The notes below the pieces were generated by a model that was not told the DNA's origin, did no database searches, and was given only the letters and a program-made list of their open reading frames with translations. 64,000 bases of DNA from Octopus vulgaris (lineage: Eukaryota): the NCBI GenBank assembly GCA_951406725.2, contig OX597821.1:73408001-73472000 (forward strand), in the 5' to 3' direction. Every line of letters starts with the position of its first letter. The first letter of the stretch is position 1. Below, in pieces: positions 1 to 11,486 of the stretch. A program made the position numbers and the translations under genes.

Positions 1-465
1 GCCATACCTGGCTCAAATATTTGATCTGTTTTATGTCCACCTGGCCAGATCTGCCTTCTCACACATATCCTACAATGTAATTCTAAAAATAAACAATCAC
101 ATCATTGAAATCTCATAACTATGAGATAATGCACAATTGATTTGAAACAATGTGAATAAGTAAGCATATGCTAACGAGATAAACTAAATTTGTAAAGTAT
201 GGTGGTTGATCCTTTTTTTTTTGTGCGTGAAATATATTTATCAGCTGTAGTTATACTTTATATTTTTATATAGCTATCTATTAATGTAATAATATTTTGG
301 ACGTGTATCTTCTTTGATGATTTTTTTGATGTAATTTTTCCTGCTCTTACTTTATAATTGCTCTTATTAAATGTCTAAATACTTTTCAGGTTTTAGACAT
401 TTCCCTACCAAAAGCACTTATTTGAAATTCAGTATTTGTATTCTCATTGAATATATTTGATTAAC

Positions 466-497
<32 letters not shown>

Positions 498-614
498 TAC
501 ACATATATTCATATGATATATTCCTCTGCTCTTAACATATGTCTATATGAGAGCACCTCTCATGCCAATTCTTGCTCAATTTGGCATTTTCACAGCTGTA
601 CCCCACACCAGTGT

Positions 615-1044
615 CACATAACCAGCCCACTCAAAAGTTCCTTGGATTGTAGGGCGACACGCCATGCTTGAGGGGGACCTATTGAGTCAAATACATCAGA
701 ATCAAATCAAATCACATTCAAATGGAAATTGTAGTTGTAACCCCTGTGCCGGTGGCATGTAAAAAGCACCATCTGAACATGGCTGATGCCAGCACCCCCT
801 TGACTGGCTTCTGTGCTGGTGACACATAAAAAGTACCATCTGATCGTGGTCGATGTCAGCTCCTGTGCGGGTGGTCATATAAAAAAGCACCCACTACACT
901 GTCAGAGTGGTTGGCATTAGGAAGGGTATCCAGCTGTAGAAACACTGCCAGATCAGACTGGAGCCTGGTGCAGCCTCCTGGCTTGCCAGACCCCAGTCGA
1001 ACCTATGCCAGCATGGAAAGCGGACGTTAAACGATGATGATGAT
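615..1044 (+). mobile_element. RTE 3' tail copy (5'-truncated LINE or RTE-tailed SINE); more than 20 similar copies, e.g. 5505-5846, 6201-6520(-), 9965-10310(-), 18284-18700, 29580-29863, 34370-34759, 41497-41830(-), 42951-43330(-), 55224-55513, 56159-56500(-)
   Basis: Shares GAGTGGTTGGCRTTAGGAAGGGCATCCAGCTGTAGAAA...CATGGAAAGCGGACGTTAAA(CGATGAT)n with the 3' end of the RTE element at 15870-16030. Confidence 0.85.
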
Positions 1045-1094
1045 CCATGTTTCGAAGGATATAAAGACTCCCTTTTTGCTATTAATACTACTCA

Positions 1095-1490
1095 GTGAGT
1101 TAGTAAAATCATTAGCAAGCAAAATGCTTGGTGGTATTTTGTCCTTCTTTATGTTCTGAGGTCCACTTTGCCTTTCATCCTTTTGCAGGGGTCAATAAGA
1201 TAAGTACCAGTTATGCACTGGTGTTCAGTGTAATCAACTCCCCCCCCCCCCAATTGCTGGCTTTGTGCCAAAATTTGAAACCAATATCATATTCTTTGAT
1301 CAAGTGGTGAGAGCTGGCAGAATGGTTAGCAGTATTTTGTCTGTCCTTATGTCCTGAGTTCAAATTCCACCGAGGTTCACTTTGCCTTTCATCCTTTCGT
1401 TGTGCCCTGGGGTTGATGTTACTGACTTGAAATTCCACCCCACCTCTCCTGAAATTGCTGGCCTTGTGCCAAAATTTGAAACCAGTACTT
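1095..1490 (+). mobile_element. Two copies of a SINE family (GAGCTGGCAGAA...GAGTTCAAATTCC head)
   Basis: B-box-like GAGTTCAAATTCC; same family on - strand at 19770-20010, 28060-28255, 44310-44480 and 49270-50550. Confidence 0.65.
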
Positions 1491-1519
1491 ATTCAATATT
1501 TGTTTATTTTTTTCCTTAG

Positions 1520-1574
1520 AATAAGGCTCCTTTGCTTAATGCCAAGCTGAAAGCATTTTTAAATACTAAAGATG
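1520..1574 (+). CDS. CEP43: CEP43/FGFR1OP homolog, internal exon (NKAPLLNAKLKAFLNTKD)
   Basis: Acceptor tttccttag, donor gtgagt; peptide matches the remembered FOP segment NKTPLVNESLKKFLNTKDG; ends phase 1. Confidence 0.88.
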
Positions 1575-2449
1575 GTGAGTTTCAATCATTTTTATTATTT
1601 CATAATTATCAACACCCTGTTTGTTACATCATTAATTACCATTTTGTGTTAGACATGTTATAATAGCTTTATATTTTTGTTGTTTTTTTCCAAATCAGTC
1701 CTGACACAGCAGATCTACAATCAAGAGCAGTCTGGCTGTAACAGTGTCTTCTTTGATTCAGACACAATACATTGAGAATTATTCTATCCAACATCATCAT
1801 TATATGTTTGTGTTCTTTGCTGGTATGGATTGGACGGCTTGACAGGGGCTGGCCCCCTTGTTTGTTTTGGTTTGGTTTCTACGGTTGGGTGCCCTTCCTA
1901 ATGAAGCTACTTTACTGAGTTACTGGGTGCTTTTCCCATGGCGCCATTCACTGACAGGGTCACCAAGTACCTTGCAAGACAGAAGCCTGTCAACTGGGTG
2001 ATGGGGAGTAGTATTAAGGGGTGTTCCATTGTTCCTGTTGAGAGATTAAAGATAAAGAGGGGGCAGAGACAGGTGTCTTGCTGTAAATTAGATACATGGA
2101 TACCCCAGTTGGAAGAGAAATAATTAATGAGTAAAGGGAGCAATAGTGAGAAAGATGGTGGTGAAGATGTGTTGGGACATGCCCTTGAGGGATGTTGGCA
2201 GGGGGAAGAAGATAGGTGAGGTGATACAGAGGTTTGGATTGAAGGACTGGACAGAATAGAGGTGACTGTAGCAAATGATGGAGAGAAATATAGGGGAGGC
2301 TTGGATGGGGGCAGGGGTTGTAGGATATGTGAGGGCATTAAGGGTGAAGCAGGTAAGTGAGGTGTTAATGATGGAGAAGAGCAGAGGGGAGAGAAGGTAC
2401 AGAAAGGTGTTTGGTGGAGATTGTAGGTGGGAGAAAGGAGAGCCAGATA

Positions 2450-3570
2450 TTTTGATCCTTTATCATTTCCTTCATAATATTCAGTGTCTTGAGGTTGATC
2501 TTCAGTCCTTTGTTCCATGTCTTCCTGGGTCTCCCTCTTCCACCAATTCCATCATCATCGTCATCATTGTTTAATGTCTGCTTTACATGCTGGCATGGGT
2601 TGGACGGTTTGACTGAGGGTTGGCAAGCCAGAAGGCTGCACCAGGCTCCAATCTGATCTGGCAAAGTTTCTACAGCTGGATGCCCTTCCTAACGTCTACC
2701 ACTCCGAGAGTGTAGTGGGTGCTTTTTACGTGCCACCAGCATGAGGGCCAGTCAGGTGGTGCTTCTTTATGTAACTGTTGTCACTCATATGCATCACATG
2801 ATCAAACGAGCATAGTCTTTTCTCTTGCATATTACATACAATTTCTCTCATACCTGTTTTTTTCTCTCAATATGCTAAGTGTTCTGCTGCACATGTACAC
2901 TGATGTTGCACATCCAGCAGAGCATACCAACTTCATTCCTCTCTAGTCTTCACATGTCTTCCACATTCAGAGCCCATATCTCACTACCATGTAGCATTGT
3001 TGTTCGTACACATGTCATAGAATCCTCCTTTTACTCGAGAGAGAGAGAGAGACCTTTGGTTTCCAACTGAGGGGACTTAGAACCAAATCCTGATGATCGC
3101 CTTCCTATACACTAAATTCATCTCTTTACACTTGCCTTGTCTTACTGATAGAACCTCCGTACATGGCCTGTATAGCTTTCACAAGCTACTTGTCTAGCCC
3201 TAGCTTCCTCAGAGCCCACCATATCACACAGTAGGGTTCTCTTGTCAAAGGCTTTCTCCAGGACAACAAACATCAAGTACAATGGTTTATTGTCAGCCAA
3301 ATACTTCTCCTCCTGCAGTTGTCTGACTATAAAGATGACATCGGTGGTGCTTCTCCCCAGCACAAAGCCAAACTGCACTTCATCTAATCTAATTCTGTTC
3401 CTAATTAACTGGGCGATAACTCTTTCTGTGACTTTCTTGACCTGGTCCAGCAATGTGATGCATCTCCCTTACCCTTGTAGGGGCTGACTATAATATGACG
3501 ACACCAATCCTTGGGGGATGACACCTTCCTCAATAACCTCATTAACTATATATTGATAAGTGACCATCCC
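2450..3570 (-). pseudogene. Degraded RTE LINE relic related to the 11.5-kb element
   Basis: Peptides LDQVKKVTERVIAQLIR...QFGFVLGRSTTDVIFIVRQLQE...LEKAFD and GRGRPRKTW closely match ORF 11565-13538; frameshifts and deletions. Confidence 0.85.
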
Positions 3571-3671
3571 ATCAGTAATTCCTTCCTTCTTTTTTTAAGT
3601 TGAGTGTGATTTTAAAGGGTATTTGTCTATTATTTCTAGTAGGATGGGTGACCATATTGAAGTTCCTTTTA

Positions 3672-4080
3672 TCTTTTACTTGTCTTAGTCATTGCGTTGC
3701 AGCCATGCTGGGGCACCACTTTGAAGGGGGTTCAGTTGAACAACTTGAACCCCATCACTTATGTTCTTTTTTATTAAGCCTGGCATTTATTTTGATGGTC
3801 TCTTTCGCTGAACTGCTAAGTTATAGGGGATATATAAACTAATTTGCACCAGTTGTCAAGTGGTGGGAGGAGAAACACATACACAAAGGCGCACACACAC
3901 ACACACACACTTATATACAAGAGACTTCTTTCAGTTTCCATCTACCAAATCCACTCCCAAGGCTTTGGTTGGTCTGGGGCTATAGTAGAAGATACTTGCC
4001 CAAGGTGCTACACGGTGGAACTGAACCCAAAACAATGTGGTTGGGAAGCAAACTTCTTACCACAGAGCCACTCCTGTGCC
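3672..4080 (-). mobile_element. tRNA-derived SINE
   Basis: - strand head GGCACAGGAGTGGCTCTGTGGTAAG...GGGTTCAGTTCC (A/B-box like), internal (CA)n; related fragment at 10640-10810. Confidence 0.65.
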
Positions 4081-4353
4081 TAGTAATTATGTTTTTTGGT
4101 GTTTTTGTTTTTTATTTTTTTTTGTGTTTTGTTTTGTGTGTTTTTATGTTTGTCTTGGTTGAGAGGCAAAGCTAGAATGTTTCCAATTTTGTTGTAGTAG
4201 AAAAGTTCTGGAGTCTAACAGCGCACAGGGGTCAGTCTGTGTTGTAAGTACTTCGAGGGGACAGCTTCAATAATAAAAGTGTTTTTTTGATATTTCTTAA
4301 TTAGACGTTCTTTAATTTTGTAAATAAATAATTTTTCTGCTTAATTCTTGCAG

Positions 4354-4442
4354 GACATTTAGCTGCTGTGTTGGTGCATGAGTTTCTGGAATTTTTTAAT
4401 ATGGAATTCACAGGAGTTGTTTTTGATGCTGAAACTGGAGTG
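4354..4442 (+). CDS. CEP43: CEP43 exon, LisH motif (GHLAAVLVHEFLEFFNMEFTGVVFDAETGV)
   Basis: ttcttgcag / gtaagc; phase-compatible with previous exon; matches FOP LisH GRLVASLVAEFLQFFNLDFTLAVFQPET. Confidence 0.92.
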
Positions 4443-4689
4443 GTAAGCATCTTCTTGTCCATATTTGAATAGTGTTTATATCATCATCATCATCAAAAGT
4501 CCATATATTTGGAGACAAATAACAAAAAACAGAGTTAGAAAATTACTATTTTTAAATCTGTATTTTGAAATAAAAGCATGAAATTTAATATCAAAAAAAT
4601 TTCTTATGAAGATATGTCTAAAATAGTGTTGTGTTAAAAATATATGTAAATATATGAAACCTGACAGTTTAAAAATTTGTTAATTAATG

Positions 4690-4781
4690 CATCTTATGAT
4701 CGTTTCACGAAAGTATTGTCATTATAATGGAATCCATTGTTGATACACATTGATAGACAATACTTCCGCTCGTCAGAGATG
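4690..4781 (-). ncRNA. Type I hammerhead ribozyme with long stem II
   Basis: - strand: catct CUGACGA gcggaagtattgtc [loop] gacaatactttcgt GAAA cgatca UA agatg; 5-bp stem I, 14-bp stem II, near-palindromic stem III. Confidence 0.75.
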
Positions 4782-4910
4782 GAGAAGATAAAGTTTTTAT
4801 ATTTCGAATGTTGTTTGAAAATTAGAAAAATATATGAGAAAGTATTTTTGAAAAATAGATGAAAAATTTATTGGTTTAGATTTATGCAGGTAGACTTTGG
4901 TCAGCTCAAA

Positions 4911-5337
4911 ACCCGGAAATCGTGATACACAGGTAATGTTTTGAGCTAAGTGGGGGTGCTAGATTCCTTTGAATGAATGTAGCTGTAATTTAGCCCCAGC
5001 AGACATCATCTCCAACTGGCTATACGACACAATCTGTGTTCTTATATTTTCGAACAAGGGAATCTAGCACCCCCACTCAGCTCAAAACAATGTCTGTGTA
5101 TTGTGATTTCCAGGTTATTCTGTGCTGATGAAGGGAAATAACCCAGAAATTGGGATACACAGATATTGTTTTGAGCTGAGAATGGGGGGTGCTTGACTCC
5201 CTGGTTCAAAAATATAAAGACACAGATCGTGTCGTATAGCCAGCTGGAGATGATGTCTCCTGGGGCTAAATTACAGCAACATTCATCCTAAACCAGGACT
5301 ACCATGTTATGTTGGCAAACAATCTTTACTCCAAAAA
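4911..5337. mobile_element. Non-autonomous PLE-like element, family B, inverted arrangement
   Basis: About 4970-5118 is the reverse complement of 5135-5290; hammerhead at the junction; copies at 17512-18282 and 38975-39380. Confidence 0.7.
5120..5162 (+). ncRNA. Minimal hammerhead ribozyme, family B
   Basis: ctgtg CUGAUGA a ggg aaataa ccc a GAAA ttggga UA cacag. Confidence 0.72.
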
Positions 5338-7087
5338 AATTGAGTATTTATAAATGTTTGGAAAAATGTATTGCACTAGTTGTGATAAAGAGTTGTGGTC
5401 TTTGCTGTTTAGACTGAGGTCAGCCCTAACTGAACAAACCATAATCAAAAACAGGAGGATGATGATGATATATTTATATATATACACACACACTCTGCTT
5501 CAGGAGACCTAGTGAGTCAAGTACATCAACATCAAAAATCAAATGGAAATTGTAGTTGTGATACCTGTGCTGGTGGCACGTAAAATGCACCATCTGAACG
5601 CAGCCGTTGACTGGCTTCTGTGCCGATGGCACGTAAAAAGCACCAACCGATTGTGGCTGTTGCCAGCCTCCCCTAGCATGTAAAAAGCACCCACTACACT
5701 CATGGAGTGGTTGGCATTAGGAAGGGCATCTGGCTATAGAAACACTGCCAGATCCGACTACAGCCTCCTTGCTTCCCAGACCCCGGTCGAATTGTCCAAC
5801 CCATGCTAGTAGGGGAAACGGACATTAAACGATAATGATGATGATGAATCCAGCTCTGACTAATGTCTCTTATTTTTCCAGACCACATGATCCTCCAGTG
5901 GTTCCGTTGAGGGAGATTTAATTACTATTTCTAGCGAATGGAGTGACTGCATAGAGGCTCCCCTATTGTTGCAGGGTTGATTAATTGTTCTTATATAACG
6001 AGAAGAATCCATCACTGAGTGTTTAGCTCAATTGATTTAACCCTTCAACATTTCACTTCTGGCCCAAATTATTTTACCTGTTTTATGTTCAGATCGGCCT
6101 GATCCAACCTGTCACACCTAACCTTCAATGTCATTCTAAAAATAATCACATTATTTAAACCTTGAAACTACAAGATGATGCATGATAACTTTAAGACAAT
6201 CATCATCATCGTTTAATGTCCGCTTTCCATGCTAGCATGGGTTGGACGATTTGACTGAGGTCTGGCGAACCAGACTCCAATCTGACCTGGCAGAGTTTCT
6301 ACAGCTGGATGCCCTTCCTAATGCCAACCATTCCGAGAGTGTAGTAGGTGCTTTTACGTGTCACCGGCACGAGGGCTAGTTTGGGGGTACTGGCAACGGC
6401 CACGCTCAAATGGTGTTTTTTATGTGTCACCTGCACAGGAGCCAGTCCAGCGGCACTGGCAACGACCTTGCTCGAATGTTTTTTTTTTCACATGCCACCA
6501 GCACAAGTGCTAGTAAGGCGGTGAATAAATAAGCATTACATTTGACAGAGTAATTTAAATGCTGAAAGGAATGGAAGAAGTGGCTTTCATGCCTTTCTCA
6601 TGGATTTTAAGGGGATAAAAAAAATGACCACAGCAAAAAATGTCAAAAGAATTTGTTTTGTACAATTTACCATTTCCCTTTCTCAGAATCCACTCTGTAG
6701 AGTGGTTGGCATTAGGAAGGGCATTCAGCTGTAAGAATCTTGCTAAAAAAGAAAATTGGAACCTGGAGCAGTCCTTTGGCTGCCCACCTCCTATCAAACT
6801 GTCCGACCCATGCTAGCTTGGAAGACAGACATTAATTGAGTGGTTGGCGTTATGAAGGGCATCCAACTGTAGAAACTCTGCCAGATCAAGATTGAAGCCT
6901 GGTGCAGCCATCTGGTTCGCCAGCCCTCAGTCATTCATCCAACCCATGCTAGCATGGAAAGCGGACGTTAAACGATGATGATGATGTTTGAATTTCATGA
7001 TTTACATTGAATTAAGAATATTTTCCTTTTGGAATTGGTGTCTGGATTTTAGTATTGTTTTTATATAAATCTTTTTTTTTTTTCCAG

Positions 7088-7246
7088 AATTTTGAAAAAG
7101 GTCAGAGAAATGTTTTGCTGAAAGATCTTCATCTTCCCAATGATTTTGATTCTGTCAAATCTTCCCCAGTTTTGTCTCAAGCAATTAAACAAATTGGAAA
7201 AAATTCAGTTGCTGAAACAGATAACAAAAACCAAATTGTTCCTAAT
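7088..7246 (+). CDS. CEP43: CEP43 exon (NFEKGQRNVLLKDLHL...SPVLSQAIK...IVPN)
   Basis: tttccag / gtaaga; 159 nt, phase 0-0; RxxLxxDL...P-L pattern of the FOP dimerisation region. Confidence 0.85.
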
Positions 7247-8196
7247 GTAAGAGTCTTTTTTTTTTTTTTAAATCTGTGCAAGTGGAATGTTATTCTTCCA
7301 TTTAAAACAAAAATAAAAAGAAAAGTTTGAAATTTAAAATTGATAAAACTGAAAAGTCTTCACAGGCCTTAGCTTCCTGTTCTTTAGGTGCCACGCCCAG
7401 AATGTAAGGCATCGGTGGTCATGTCTTGCCACAATTCCCTGTTCTTTGTACTCTGCAACAGTTCCACTTCCTGAGGTTTAATGCTCCTTTCTTCCGGCTG
7501 CTTTGTCAAGCTTCACATCCATATCATTCTTTAACTGTTTCCTTTTAATCTTTGCAGTCATTGCTAAATTCTCCAGACCCTTCTTCCTCATCCCATGACC
7601 AAGAAATCTCAGTTGCTTGGCCCTTATCTCATGAAGCAGAGTGTGTAAAAGACTTTGTTAAAACTAAAATTGAAAACAGTAAAAGATTTAAAGGGGTGGG
7701 CGGGTGGAGAGAGAGAAAGAAAGAAAGAAAAAAAAAAGTTTGATTTCAAGTTTGAATTCTATTTTCAGATCTTAAAATGAAACTTTTTGTCTCTCGAGTT
7801 CAGTTCCAGACAGTATCTTAGTTTTATCAGCTTCAAAAATGTTTAACCCTAAAGGGTTGCTAGTTTCACTGGGTTGGGTTTTAGCCATGTTTTGTTATGA
7901 GAAGGTTGAAGTTTCTTACACAAATTCTCTCATTTTTTTAACTTGACTTTTTAAATTGACTTTGAAATTTAGTGAAAATAATGTTTTGATAAAGTGATAA
8001 ATGTTTTAAACATTTCAAATATATTGAAAATAAAGAATTATATTCAGTTTTGAAATCAATATTTTTAGAGGATCATTTTCACCAGAAAGTCTTTAAAATA
8101 TTCAGTTTATCAACTTTTTATGTAAATCTTTCTGATGTATTTAAATAACTATTTTAATGTCTAAAGTATATAAACAAATTATTTTTTTATTTGAAG

Positions 8197-8253
8197 GGCC
8201 TTCCTGAAAGTTGTATAGCTGAAGCAAAGAAAAAGTTTGATTTGTATGACAAG
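8197..8253 (+). CDS. CEP43: CEP43 exon, start of EF-hand 1 (GLPESCIAEAKKKFDLYDK)
   Basis: tttatttgaag / gtaaat; 57 nt phase 0-0; EAKxxFxxYD helix typical of EF-hand entry. Confidence 0.78.
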
Positions 8254-9298
8254 GTAAATTATTTAAGGTCTTAGTATGGTATTACCATTGTTGTGGTGCC
8301 AAAGACTGGGTCTTCTGATTTGTTTGTGCCATATTCATCAGACCAGTCTTAACATTCCTTCTTTTGTTTGTGAATTATTTTACATTCTTTTTCCCTTGTG
8401 GTGTATTGTGAAAACGTTTTCAGTGACATGTATCAACTATATTGACTAAATAAAAATTTTTTTTCCACTTTTTAAAATTTATTCCAAATTCTCATATTAT
8501 GTTTTAATTAGTATTTAATTAACACAGAAAGATAATTGGCTAATTGCATGCAAGGTTGTGTGTTTTTGCTTTTACTGTAATTTTTATGGCAGTAATAATT
8601 GCAATACTTATTATAGTTCTAATAATGGTAGTAATAAAAGGAAACCTAGTTGAATGCCTTGTGGTGTTTGTTTTGTCTGTGTATATAGATGTGTGGCTTA
8701 CTGGTTGGGGTGTTGGACTTATGATCATAAGATTGTGGTTTTGATTCCTGGACATTGTGTTCTTGAGCCACGCACTTCATTCCATATTGCTCCAGTTCAC
8801 TCAACTGGCCAGAATGAGGAGTCCTGCAATGGACCGGCGTCCTGTCCTGGCCAAAATATATGTGCCACGGAAACCAGGAGACTGGCCCTTTATGAATCTG
8901 TATGACTCGGATAAGGAGATTTATGTACTCAGGGTTCATTTGTCTGGGGGTTCATAAATAAAAGTATGAATCTAGAATTGGTGGGCTTGATTCTTTTCTG
9001 TTCTCTCTCTGATAGGTTGCACTGTGAGAGAAAGGCAGGGACTCCTCTCAAGTCACAAAAATATATGAAGTTTAAAATATGTTGCTAAACTCTCTCCAAA
9101 ATCTTAATTATATTAAAAATGAATTGAACCCCATGTCAGGGGAGTGGGTGTGTACTCATTAGAAAAATGCTCTCAAAAATGGTTAACGAGGCATTTATTT
9201 CTGTTACTGCCACAATCTTCCAATTTTCCTTATGATTAATCAATGTTTCATTATCAACGATGCTCAATGTTTATTTTATTTTATTTTCTTTATTAAAG

Positions 9299-9369
9299 GC
9301 TCATCAACAGTCTGTAGAAAAAGCTGATGTGACAAATATATTTTGTGAACTTTTCCCTCATTTTCATCG
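9299..9369 (+). CDS. CEP43: CEP43 exon (AHQQSVEKADVTNIFCELFPHFH)
   Basis: Long pyrimidine tract, attaaag / gtgagt; phase 0-2. Confidence 0.78.
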
Positions 9370-10890
9370 GTGAGTCTCCACTTCAATAGTTTCTTGTTTC
9401 ATCCATCAATTTCAATGTTGCTGCTGGTTTGTGTTAATTTTTTATTTAACGACATTACATTTATTCCTGGTATCCAGTTCAACAACAATGTTATTGGCTT
9501 GCCAGCCCTCAGTCAAACCATCCAACCCATGCCAGCATGGAAAGCAGACGTTAAACGGCAATGATGATGATGATGATTAAAGAACTGGTGCTGGTGCCAT
9601 GTAAAAAAGCATATCATGCACTCTGTAAAGTGGTTGGCATTACGACTGGTGTCTAGCCGTTGAAACCATGCCAGAACAAATGGTTGGAGCCTGGTGCAGC
9701 CCTCAACCATACCAGCTTCTGTCAAACCATTCTACCCATGCCAGTATGGAAGAAAATACAAAAAATGATGATGATGATGATGATGAAAGAACTTGTTGAG
9801 TTTATTAATTTTTCATCCCTATCTTCTGAAAAGTTTTAGTTTTGGGAAATTGTGTCTGAGACCAATGCTAGCAGATTTGGTAAAATGGAAGTATGAATTG
9901 GGGATCGATTCATTAATCTAACCTCTGTGACATTTCTTAGTGTTGTAGCTTATGTATTGATTTTCATCATCACCATCATCATCATTGATTAACGCCCGTT
10001 TTCCATGCTGGTATGGGTTGGATGGTTTGACCGAGGTGTGGTGAGCCAGCAGCTGCACCAGGCTCCAATCTGGTATGGCAGAGTTTCTACAGCTGGATGC
10101 CCTTCCTAACGCTAACCACTCCGAGAGTGTAGTGAGTGCTTTTTATGTGCCACCGGCACAGGAGTCAGTAAGGCGGGCCCTATCAACGATCACGTTTGGA
10201 TGGTGCTTTTTACGTGCCACTGGCACAGGAGCCAGTCAGGGGTACTGGCATCAGTCACGATTGGTTGGTGCTTTTTACATGCTACTGGCACTGGAGCCAG
10301 TAAGGTGGCTGTGTTCAAAATATTTCCTATATGATCTTCTGTAAAATGTTTCATGTTGTGTATTTGCTGTGAACAGATCAATATTCTTGAAGTGATTGAA
10401 ATATTTTCTAATTTACGAAACATTAAATCACTGGAGTGGGAAGTTAAGAAATGATTAAGGCAGAGATATCTGCCATTCCTTCTAATTAGGGGAGTTGGTA
10501 AAATATTCCCTGTTAGATCCCCACCTTAATTAGTTAATTTATAGAAACTATTAAAGAACAGTAAAACAAATACAAGACGCCCATTTCCTCATCGTTTTGG
10601 ACCTGTGATGAGGTGATCAGATCTGAATGGCTGGTGTGAGTTACTGAGTGGTTGATGATAGAGAATGGTCAAGAAGTTCACTTCACAATCAGAAGGTCAT
10701 AAGTTCAATTCCACTGCATGGCACCTTGGGCAAGTGTCACTTTTTATAGGCTTGGGTTCATCAATCATTTGTGAGTGAAATTGAAGAGGTGGAAATTGTA
10801 TGGAAGCCTGTTGGATGGATTCAGTCTGACCCAGCCTGAAATTTACAAGTTCTCTGGAATACTCATCCTTGTCTGGCATTCAAAGTTGGT

Positions 10891-11118
10891 TTAACTCTTT
10901 CGTCACTGTATTTATTTTGAGATGTTCTGTGTTTCTTTCAATTACTTTAAATATAACAAAAAATTTAGTAAAATAACTTAGTTACCATTCAGCTAGTATT
11001 AAGAACATAAGTTGTGACTAAGGTTTGATGGAAGATTTTAATTCAAAACTTATGAAAACAAAACATTTGTACTCAGAGCCAGGGACGGTTTCAGCCAGAT
11101 TGGTAATGAAAGGGTTAA
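10891..11118. mobile_element. TTAA-flanked MITE (piggyBac-like ends)
   Basis: ttaactctttcgtcac ... gtaatgaaagggttaa imperfect terminal inverted repeats. Confidence 0.6.
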
Positions 11119-11486
11119 TAGGATGTTAACAAAATGACCAAGTGATTAAATTGCTGCTACAAAATGAATGTAAAAAGAAAAAAAAAAAAGATAATGCTAA
11201 ATCTATACATAAAAGTAGGGATTCAACCTGAGCTATTTATGGCTTGTAATCCTTACTCAAAGATCCTTTTTGTCAAATTTTCAGAAATCAGGTTTGTTAT
11301 CAAGTGAATTTTGCCAACTTTATAACGAGGCCCTATACACTGGGTTTGGTTGGTTTTTTATAATAGGACCATCCAGGCTGGATTTGGCTGATGTTAGAAT
11401 GAGGCCAGATCTGTAATGGAAAGTTTTAAAATATCTTTCAGTTGTTTTGATCTTGTGTCATTTATTTGGAGATTTAACTTAAATAT

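Noticed and set aside
1907-2518. 203-aa Pro/Ser-rich ORF
   Set aside because: Low-complexity purine/pyrimidine-skewed DNA next to an RTE relic
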